From the NCBI GenBank assembly GCA_016700135.1, contig CP065004.1:1260001-1292000 (forward strand): a DNA stretch of 32,000 nt, in the 5' to 3' direction. Under the pieces are notes generated by a model. It did not search any database. It was not told the origin of the DNA and saw only the letters and a program-made list of their open reading frames with translations. The stretch is from Candidatus Saccharimonadota bacterium. GTDB taxonomy: Bacteria; Patescibacteriota; Microgenomatia; UBA1406; GWC2-37-13. The translations under genes and the position numbers were made by a program. Of the stretch, positions 16,927 through 24,480 are shown piece after piece; the first letter of the stretch is position 1; every line of letters starts with the position of its first letter.

Positions 16927-17109
16927 TGGTGGCTGGGGAGAGAGTCGAACTCTCGACCTATCGCTTACCTGCCCGCCGAACTGTGGCTAAGGGGAGAATC
17001 GAACTCCCGACCTAACGCTTATGAAACGTTCGCTCTAACCACTGAGCTACTTAGCCTTTCTCAGGCAGGCGCGGTGAAACGATCGCTCTAACCACTGAGC
17101 TACCCAGCC
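16927..17109 (-). tRNA. Interrupted (outer) tRNA gene: 5' half at 17075-17109, 107-nt insertion at 16968-17074, 3' half at 16927-16967 with encoded CCA. The anticodon is CAT if the loop is rejoined as TTCA|TAA
   Basis: Minus strand reads GGCTGGG TA GCTC AGTGGTTA GAGC G ATCGT TTCA [107 nt] TAA GCGAT AGGTC GAGAG TTCGACT CTCTC CCCAGCC A CCA. The acceptor and anticodon stems pair perfectly across the interruption. Confidence 0.6.
16984..17056 (-). tRNA. Complete 73-nt tRNA with anticodon CAT (elongator Met or Ile2-type; not initiator-like), nested inside the outer tRNA
   Basis: GGCTAAG TA GCTC AGTGGTTA GAGC G AACGT TTCATAA GCGTT AGGTC GGGAG TTCGATT CTCCC CTTAGCC A. It forms a full cloverleaf with a G1-C72 pair and has no encoded CCA. 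Confidence 0.85.
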
Positions 17110-17140
17110 ATGCTTCCCATCGACCATCTCGAACTTGTAG

Positions 17141-17148
17141 ATTATAAT
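17141..17148. promoter_or_regulatory. Palindromic -10-like element ATTATAAT between the divergent tRNA locus and the GT2 gene
   Basis: On the + strand, TATAAT (17143-17148) ends 7 nt before the ATG at 17156. On the - strand, TATAAT (reverse complement of 17141-17146) lies about 31 nt upstream of the outer tRNA 5' end. Confidence 0.4.
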
Positions 17149-17155
17149 ATATTCT

Positions 17156-18073
17156 ATGACTGTAAACAAGCCGACTGAAAGGGAGATAGAGCTTTCTATC
17201 ATCATCCTTTCATACAATACTGAAGCTCTGACACGGCAGACAATCGAATCAATTTATGAATCGACGGAACTTGATACAAACAGCTTCGAAATAATTGTGC
17301 TCGACAACGCTTCAACCGATAATTCGTTACAAATGCTCCGGAAACTTGAAAAAAACCATCCTAACCTCCATGTCATAGAAAGTAAAGAAAATACCGGTTT
17401 TTCAAAAGGAAATAACATAGCGTCAAAGCAAGCTAAAGGCACATATTTTCTGTTTCTCAACTCAGATGTCATCGTTCAGGAAAAAGGAATTGATAACCTC
17501 CTGAATTACCTCAAAGATCATGACAAAACTGCCCAATTTGCCGGCGGAAAGCTGCTCAATAAGGATATATCAGATCAGGCTTCTTGCGGTCCGTTTTATA
17601 CCCTTCCGGTTGTTTTCGGTGCACTGTTTTTACGGGGAGATTACTGGGGTTTGACTCGGTATTCGCCTGATGAGGTCAAACGGGTTGATTGGGTATCGGG
17701 AGCCTGTCTGTTGACGAAAAAAGAGTATTTTGAACAAGTCGGAGGATTTGACGAAGGAATATTCATGTATATGGAGGAAATAGACTTGTTGTATCGATCT
17801 AATAAGCTGGGCTATCAGACGTTTTTCGTGCCTCAAGCCCGGTTTATTCATCTCGGCTCTGCCTCAAGCGGCGGCAAAACGTACCCGATATTACAGGTGT
17901 ATAGAGGCTTTTTATACTTCTATAAAAAGCACTACGGTCCCGCTTCTGTTACAGTTCTCAAAGGTATGTTACAATTGAAAGCACGGATAGCTATGATTCT
18001 CGGTAAACTCACCGGAAAGAACTATCTTATAGAAACTTATGGAAAAGCTCAAGAAATCGCTTCAATGGCTTGA
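17156..18073 (+). CDS. Family 2 glycosyltransferase
   Basis: LSIIILSYNT..., IIVLDNASTDNS, ENTGFSKGNN and FLFLNSDV are GT2 (GT-A fold) motifs. Confidence 0.85.
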   Translation: MTVNKPTEREIELSIIILSYNTEALTRQTIESIYESTELDTNSFEIIVLDNASTDNSLQMLRKLEKNHPNLHVIESKENTGFSKGNNIASKQAKGTYFLFLNSDVIVQEKGIDNLLNYLKDHDKTAQFAGGKLLNKDISDQASCGPFYTLPVVFGALFLRGDYWGLTRYSPDEVKRVDWVSGACLLTKKEYFEQVGGFDEGIFMYMEEIDLLYRSNKLGYQTFFVPQARFIHLGSASSGGKTYPILQVYRGFLYFYKKHYGPASVTVLKGMLQLKARIAMILGKLTGKNYLIETYGKAQEIASMA

Positions 18074-19589
18074 CAAGCATCTGCTTAAAATTCTTGTCAT
18101 TGGATTTATTTTTATAATACCGCTATATCCGAAACTTCCCCTTCGGATGATCAACTATACCTTTGTCGCCATTCGTCTCGAAGATATTTATGTGGCATTG
18201 ATGGGACTGGCATTTCTTATCCAGTTTTTCCGGAAGAAAGTAACGGTCCCTTGGAAAATGTTCTGGCTGTTTGTTGTTTTCTGGGTAGCACTTTTTGCAT
18301 CGTTTATCTGGGGTTATTACGTACAAAAAACGGTGATAATTGATCATTTAGGTTTTCTTCACAGCATAAGACGGATTGAGTACATGCTTATCTTCTTTGT
18401 AGCATATACGACAATCCGGTCAAAGAAGGACTTTTTCCTGTATATGAAGCTCATATTTATTACGCTTGCGATCGTATCCGTGTACGGATACGGTCAAAAA
18501 TTCCTGGGTTGGCCGGCTGTGCAGACCATGAACCCTGAATATGCAAAAGGATACCTCCTTGTCCTGGACTCATGGTCAAGAGTTTCATCAACGTTTGCCG
18601 GACATTATGATCTTGCAGCCTACCTCATTTTACTTATGCCGATCGTTATCGGTTTCTATCTTCACAGCGGTAAAAAAATGTACTTAGGACTCTTTTTGCT
18701 TGCTCTGGGAATACTTGTACTCACTGCCTCCAGAGCATCGTATATAGCCTATCTCGGAGCAATTACAATGTACCTTATATATGTCCGACGATTTAAAATA
18801 CTCGTTTTTGTGCTTATAGCTACGGCGGTATTCACGCCTTTGTCGGACAATCTTTCCAACCGTCTTACGCGGACTTTCCAGCAATCAAAAGTATTTGTAG
18901 ACAGTGAAACCGGCGAAACTTTTGTCGCAAGACAGCTGCAACCTGATGATTTGCCGCCGGGTGATTTCGGTGCAAAACCGAATACCATCCCCGCAATCAC
19001 GACAGGTAAAGGGTCTACAACTCTCAAGCCTGAAGAAGAGCTGGCAGCTAAGAAACAAATCCGTGATGCACTGATAGAAGAGGCTAATCAGCAGGGAAAA
19101 CAATACTCTCCTGAGGAAATCAACGCAGCCGTGGACAGTATTTTTTCCAGACAAATACCGATTACAAAGTATCTGCCTGATATCTCAATCTCCACACGTC
19201 TGCAGGTCTCATGGCCGCGTGCATTTGCGGCATTCATGAGGAACATCTGGCTCGGAAGCGGTCCGTCATCCCTCGGAGAAGCAACTGACGGAGACTATCT
19301 GCGTTGGCTTGGGGAGATGGGTCTTATCGGTACATCAGTGCTCCTTGCAATATTCGGAACTATCGGTTGGTATGTTTTTCAGGCTGCCCGGCACATGACC
19401 AGCAAAAACTCTTATCTTTTTCATGCTTTTGTGGCTGCTTTTATCGGAGTTTTTGTGAATGCATCCTATATCGATATTTTTGAAGCATCAAAATTGGCCT
19501 ATACTTTCTGGCTCGTTGCGGGGATATTTTATGCATCCGTTCCGTTATTCCTGAAACGGTCAGTTCAACCCGAAAAACTGAAGATTTAA
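18039..19589 (+). CDS. O-antigen ligase/polymerase-like (Wzy_C family) polytopic membrane protein
   Basis: More than 10 hydrophobic segments, a TASRASYIAYLG motif region, and a hydrophilic loop of roughly 130 aa. It overlaps the GT2 gene by 35 nt. Confidence 0.65.
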   Translation: MEKLKKSLQWLDKHLLKILVIGFIFIIPLYPKLPLRMINYTFVAIRLEDIYVALMGLAFLIQFFRKKVTVPWKMFWLFVVFWVALFASFIWGYYVQKTVIIDHLGFLHSIRRIEYMLIFFVAYTTIRSKKDFFLYMKLIFITLAIVSVYGYGQKFLGWPAVQTMNPEYAKGYLLVLDSWSRVSSTFAGHYDLAAYLILLMPIVIGFYLHSGKKMYLGLFLLALGILVLTASRASYIAYLGAITMYLIYVRRFKILVFVLIATAVFTPLSDNLSNRLTRTFQQSKVFVDSETGETFVARQLQPDDLPPGDFGAKPNTIPAITTGKGSTTLKPEEELAAKKQIRDALIEEANQQGKQYSPEEINAAVDSIFSRQIPITKYLPDISISTRLQVSWPRAFAAFMRNIWLGSGPSSLGEATDGDYLRWLGEMGLIGTSVLLAIFGTIGWYVFQAARHMTSKNSYLFHAFVAAFIGVFVNASYIDIFEASKLAYTFWLVAGIFYASVPLFLKRSVQPEKLKI

Positions 19590-19599
19590 TGAATTTGCT

Positions 19600-21033
19600 A
19601 TGAAAAAAAAGGATTTTATCATTCTCTCAATCATTCTTGTTGTAGCTCTTGCTCTGCGTCTTTATAAGATTGATACTCCCCTTGCCGATCTGCATTCATG
19701 GCGTCAGGTTGACACCGCTGCAGTCGCCCGCAATTTTGCCAGGGACGGGATCAATATGCTGAAACCGACCTACGATGATATCTCAAGTATACAGACAGGG
19801 CATGAAAACCCTGAAGGTCTCCGTATGGTCGAATTTCCAATCTATAATGCATTATTTGCGGCAATGTACCGGTATCTGCCGATTACAAGCCTTGAGATAT
19901 ACGGGAGACTGACATCAATATTCTTTTCTCTTATAACCATTGCAGTTCTGTATTATTTTGCGTTGAAGGAAAAAAATAGGACTGCAGCGATAGCTACAGC
20001 TGTAATTTTTTCCGTATTCCCGTATTTTGTATTCTTTTCTCGTGTTATTCTTCCCGAAACGACTGCTGTTTCATTTATGATGCTGGCACTCTTTTTCCTG
20101 TATCATGCCGTAAAGAAAAAAGGTCATGCAATCTTCCTTTTTACCCTCGGAGGTGTATTTTTTGCCATGTCTATACTTACCAAACCAACGACGATTTTTT
20201 ACGGACTTGCTGCTGCATATCTGTTTATTGATGCTTATAAATTTGACGTATTTAAAAGTTGGAAACCGTATTTCTATTTTATTATTGCGCTCATCCCTTT
20301 TGTAGCCTGGCGCGTGTACATCACTCAGTACCCTGAAGGTATTCCTGCTAGTGCTTGGCTTCTCACGACGGTCAATACCTTTGAAGGTCCGAAAGAAATA
20401 TTTTTCCGGCCGGCGTTTTTCCGCTGGATGTTCATGGAGAGAATCGGACTTGCAGTTCTCGGTATTTACGGTGTGGTCTTTTTTATTGTCGGAATCGTGG
20501 GAAAATACAAAAGATTATTTATCCACTCTGTTTTCTTTTCCGGAATGCTGTATCTTTTTACGTTTCAGGGAGGAAATGTACAGCATGAATATTATCAGAC
20601 CATCCTGCTCCCAGCAGTCGCACTGGTATCAGGCGTTGGCCTTGCACAACTTCTTGAGATGCCGGATAAATTTGTCCACAAGTTTATATTGTATCCGACA
20701 CTTTTTACCGTTTTTGCCTTTTCCGTATTGTTTTCCTATTACAAAGTAAAAGATTATTATGTGTACCCCAATGATCTTCCCCGTATAGCCGAACTTATCA
20801 AAATTTTCACTGAACAAGACGATAAAATCGTCACTGACCGCAGCGGTGACACTACTCTTCTCTACCTCGCGGATCGCAAAGGCGCTCCGGCAATCTATAA
20901 ATCACCGTCAGAATTAAAAGGCGCCGGATATAAATATCTTGTTACGACAAATGAAGGGGAAGCACAAAAACTTAAAGACGAAGGATACAGTGTGGTCGTA
21001 GAAAACGAGATGTTTACTATGATTGCGCTTTAA
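19600..21033 (+). CDS. GT39/ArnT-PMT-like (GT-C fold) membrane glycosyltransferase
   Basis: The N-terminal LRLYKIDTPLADLHSWRQVDTAAVARNF region and the polytopic architecture are typical of undecaprenyl/dolichyl-phosphate-sugar-dependent GT-C enzymes. Confidence 0.7.
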   Translation: MKKKDFIILSIILVVALALRLYKIDTPLADLHSWRQVDTAAVARNFARDGINMLKPTYDDISSIQTGHENPEGLRMVEFPIYNALFAAMYRYLPITSLEIYGRLTSIFFSLITIAVLYYFALKEKNRTAAIATAVIFSVFPYFVFFSRVILPETTAVSFMMLALFFLYHAVKKKGHAIFLFTLGGVFFAMSILTKPTTIFYGLAAAYLFIDAYKFDVFKSWKPYFYFIIALIPFVAWRVYITQYPEGIPASAWLLTTVNTFEGPKEIFFRPAFFRWMFMERIGLAVLGIYGVVFFIVGIVGKYKRLFIHSVFFSGMLYLFTFQGGNVQHEYYQTILLPAVALVSGVGLAQLLEMPDKFVHKFILYPTLFTVFAFSVLFSYYKVKDYYVYPNDLPRIAELIKIFTEQDDKIVTDRSGDTTLLYLADRKGAPAIYKSPSELKGAGYKYLVTTNEGEAQKLKDEGYSVVVENEMFTMIAL

Positions 21034-21052
21034 TAATTTCGATACTCCCACC

Positions 21053-22252
21053 ATGAAAATATTGATGCTGACACCGTATCTTCCGTATCCTCCGGCGTCC
21101 GGCGGACAAATCAGAACCCTATATCTTCTTAAGTATCTCGCTCAAAATCATTCCATAACACTTGTCTCCCTGTACAAAGATGAGAATGAAAAGAAGTATG
21201 CAAAACATCTCAAGTCCTACTGTACTGAAATTCATTTGTGCAAAAGGCCAAAAAAACCCTGGCAGCCGAGCAATATCCTGAAAGCGGTTTTTTCCAATCT
21301 GCCGTTTCTTATTGTCCGAAACTATTCTCAGGAAGCGGTACAAAAAATTCAGGAACTGTTGGAAAACAATACCTTTGACGTGATTCATGCTGAGACCTTT
21401 TACATCATGCCTCACATCCCGAAAACCGATGTCCCGATTATTCTGGTAGAACAGACGATCGAATACAAAGTCTATCAACATTACATTGCATCACTCCCCA
21501 AGCTCCTGCGTTTCCCTCTCAATCTTGACATCCTCAAACTAAAGTGCTGGGAAAAGCATTACTGGGAAAAAGCCGATCTGGTAGCTACGGTGTCTGAGTT
21601 TGATAAAAATGAAATCCAGCAAATACTTCCTTCTATTAAGCCCGTCATCATCCCCAACGGAGCAGGTGACGAAATGTTCGTTGACAAACTGCCGGAGAAT
21701 GCAAGTAAGCATCCTCAGCTTCTATTCATGGGCAATTTTTTTTGGCTGCAGAATGTAGAAGCCGCACAATATCTGATATATCAGGTTTTTCCCGAACTCC
21801 ACAAGAAACTTCCCAATCTCGAACTTATTATTGCGGGTCAAAACGTGGGCGAAAAAATCGTCACATCTCATAAAAAAATAAAAATAGTCAATCTTGACCC
21901 CGGTGATGAAAAAACGGTTAAAGACCTGTATCATTCGGCGACAGTGTTTATCGCCCCGATTTTCGGACCGGGAGGAACACGTCTCAAAATACTGGCAAGT
22001 ATGGCAGCGGGTCTTCCCGTCATATCAACTCCCGTCGGTGTCGAAGGTCTGGGAGTTACGGACGGAGAGCATGTCATGATCGCACGGGACCCGCACGAAT
22101 TTGTTATAAAAACGGTCGAGGTAATCAATAACCGGACGCTGTACCATGATATCCAATCAAAGGCATTCAAACATGCAAAACAGAATTTCAGCTGGAAAGC
22201 AATTGCTAAAAAGCTGGAAAAAGTTTATAAAGATGTCATAGACAAATCATAA
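21053..22252 (+). CDS. Family 4 (GT-B) glycosyltransferase
   Basis: MKILMLTPYLPYPPASGGQIR... N-terminus and a GGTRLKILASMAAGLPVISTPVGVEG C-terminal motif. The track start at 21023 overlaps the GT39 stop, so the ATG at 21053 was preferred. Confidence 0.85.
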   Translation: MKILMLTPYLPYPPASGGQIRTLYLLKYLAQNHSITLVSLYKDENEKKYAKHLKSYCTEIHLCKRPKKPWQPSNILKAVFSNLPFLIVRNYSQEAVQKIQELLENNTFDVIHAETFYIMPHIPKTDVPIILVEQTIEYKVYQHYIASLPKLLRFPLNLDILKLKCWEKHYWEKADLVATVSEFDKNEIQQILPSIKPVIIPNGAGDEMFVDKLPENASKHPQLLFMGNFFWLQNVEAAQYLIYQVFPELHKKLPNLELIIAGQNVGEKIVTSHKKIKIVNLDPGDEKTVKDLYHSATVFIAPIFGPGGTRLKILASMAAGLPVISTPVGVEGLGVTDGEHVMIARDPHEFVIKTVEVINNRTLYHDIQSKAFKHAKQNFSWKAIAKKLEKVYKDVIDKS

Positions 22253-22258
22253 CAATCT

Positions 22259-23365
22259 ATGAAAATCGGAATTGATATATCTCAAATTGTGTATAAAGGA
22301 TCAGGTGTAAGCCGTTTCACGGATGGATTGGTCCACGCAATCCTGTCGTATGAAGAGACGCACCACTGGTCATTTTTCTTTTCATCCTTCAGGCAAAAAC
22401 TTGATCAGGCATTGGTAGAACGCATCAAATCAAAAGGGTTTGATCTGTATACCTACCCTTATCCTCCCACGTTTCTTTCAACATTGTTCAATGACTGGCA
22501 CGGGTTTTCCGGAATGATACTCAAGCATAATAAGCGGTTACAAAAACTGAACTGGTTCATCACTTCAGACTGGACGGAACCGCCCGTGCCGACAAAAAAA
22601 GCAACAATCGTCCATGATCTGGTTTTCAAAAAATTTCCGGAGACTGTCCATCCATCCATTCTCAACACTCAGGAAAAGAGGCTGGGTCATGTCGTCCGGG
22701 AATGTGACCTGATCTTTACTGATTCTCATTCCACGGCACAAGACCTTATCTCAGAATATGCCGTTGAAAAAAACAAAATTACAGTAAACTATCCCGGAGT
22801 TGAGACAAGCGAAAAAACGCTCGGAAACGCTGAAGATATTATTGAGAAGTACGGTATTCACAAACCATACATCCTTGCAGTCGGCAAACTGGAACCAAGA
22901 AAAAATATTGAAAGACTCATCAGAGCATTCGGCCAATCATCGACAACGGCACAACTTGTGATTGCCGGACCGAAAGGATGGGGGGAAACAGATGTGCAGC
23001 AGACCGAACACATTGTATTCCTAGGCTTTGTGCCTGATGAAGATCTGGCACTTCTGTATCACAATGCACTCTTTTTCGTGTATCCGTCACTTTACGAAGG
23101 CTTCGGGTATCCGATCATTGAAGCAATGAGATATCAGTGTCCGGTAGCTTCAAGCAGTTCTTCATCCATGGGCGAAATTGCAAAAGATGCAGCGTTTCTT
23201 TTTGATCCTGAGAATGTTCAGGAGATTACTGGAGCAATACAAACGTTATTTGACGACGAAAAACTTCGTGCCGCACTTATCAAAAAAGGGATGACCCGGG
23301 CTGAAAAATTTACGTGGAAAGAGTACTATAATACACTTATCAAACAGTTATCTTCTCACGTATGA
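22259..23365 (+). CDS. Family 4 (GT-B) glycosyltransferase
   Basis: VGKLEPRKN and PSLYEGFGYPIIEAM (EX7E-type motif). Confidence 0.85.
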   Translation: MKIGIDISQIVYKGSGVSRFTDGLVHAILSYEETHHWSFFFSSFRQKLDQALVERIKSKGFDLYTYPYPPTFLSTLFNDWHGFSGMILKHNKRLQKLNWFITSDWTEPPVPTKKATIVHDLVFKKFPETVHPSILNTQEKRLGHVVRECDLIFTDSHSTAQDLISEYAVEKNKITVNYPGVETSEKTLGNAEDIIEKYGIHKPYILAVGKLEPRKNIERLIRAFGQSSTTAQLVIAGPKGWGETDVQQTEHIVFLGFVPDEDLALLYHNALFFVYPSLYEGFGYPIIEAMRYQCPVASSSSSSMGEIAKDAAFLFDPENVQEITGAIQTLFDDEKLRAALIKKGMTRAEKFTWKEYYNTLIKQLSSHV

Positions 23366-24480
23366 TTATCGGCGTTGACGGAAATGAAGCAAATGTCGAG
23401 CATAAAGTCGGTGTTTCCGTATATACTCTCGAGCTTTTGAAATACTTCGCGAAACATGCTGACAAAACGACACAATTTAAAATATTTCTTCGGAATGAAC
23501 CGAATGATATGATGCCTGATGAAGGACCGTATTTTTCCTATGAGATTGTTCCAGGACAAATGCTGTGGTCACAGATATTTCTTCCTTACCATCTCCGTTT
23601 TAAAACAAGGATCGATATTTTTTTTGCTCCGGCACATTATTCACCCCGCTTTTTATCCGTTCCCTTGGTCTTGACAGTGCATGATCTTTCCTACTTCATG
23701 TACCCCAACGAATTTCTGAAAAAGGACTTGTACAAGCTGACGAACTGGACGAAATACTCGATAGACCATGCAAAAACGATAATCGCAGTTTCCAAGACGA
23801 CCAAAAAGGATATTCTGAAATGGTATAAGCTGAAGGATCGAGATGTCCGAGTCATTTATAACGGATTCCGCAAACGTAAACAAAAGAAAACCGATGTTAA
23901 TATCCTCAAAGAATATGAACTGCAAAAAAAGAAATATATCCTCTATGTCGGTACTTTGCAGCCGAGAAAAAATATTCAGACGTTGATTCAAGCGTATGCA
24001 GCATTCAGGAAGGATCATCCCGATTTTAAGCTTGTTTTAGCCGGCAAAAAAGGATGGCTGTTTGATGCGATCTTCCGGGAAGTGCAGTCTCACAATCTCG
24101 AAGAAGATGTAATATTTACCGGATATACCTCCGATGACGGACTGATCGATTTATACAATAATGCTTTCTGTTTCGTGCTTCCCTCTTTTTATGAAGGCTT
24201 CGGGATTCCGATTCTCGAGGCTATGAGCCACAATATTCCGGTCATAAGCTCACATGCATCCAGTCTCCCCGAAATCGGCAGTGAGGCGTGCTTATATTTT
24301 GACCCGCACAGTGCGGATGATCTTCATGAAAAACTTGATGAGATTTACAACGACAAAAATCTCTATCAAAACCTGATAACAGCGGGTAACGCAAGGGTCA
24401 CGGAGTTTTCATGGAGTAAATGTGCAGAGGAGACACTCCAGGCTATTAAAAATACCATAGCTTCCGAACATGAAGTATAA
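23362..24480 (+). CDS. Family 4 (GT-B) glycosyltransferase
   Basis: VGTLQPRKN and PSFYEGFGIPILEAM. ATGA start/stop overlap with the upstream gene. Confidence 0.85.
   Translation: MIIGVDGNEANVEHKVGVSVYTLELLKYFAKHADKTTQFKIFLRNEPNDMMPDEGPYFSYEIVPGQMLWSQIFLPYHLRFKTRIDIFFAPAHYSPRFLSVPLVLTVHDLSYFMYPNEFLKKDLYKLTNWTKYSIDHAKTIIAVSKTTKKDILKWYKLKDRDVRVIYNGFRKRKQKKTDVNILKEYELQKKKYILYVGTLQPRKNIQTLIQAYAAFRKDHPDFKLVLAGKKGWLFDAIFREVQSHNLEEDVIFTGYTSDDGLIDLYNNAFCFVLPSFYEGFGIPILEAMSHNIPVISSHASSLPEIGSEACLYFDPHSADDLHEKLDEIYNDKNLYQNLITAGNARVTEFSWSKCAEETLQAIKNTIASEHEV

Noticed and set aside
16968-17074. Interpreting the tRNA interruption as a group I intron or as a canonical archaeal bulge-helix-bulge intron.
   Set aside because: At 107 nt, of which 73 nt is a tRNA, it is too short for a group I core. 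I could not place two 3-nt bulges separated by a 4-bp helix at plausible junctions. The mechanism therefore remains open rather than assigned.
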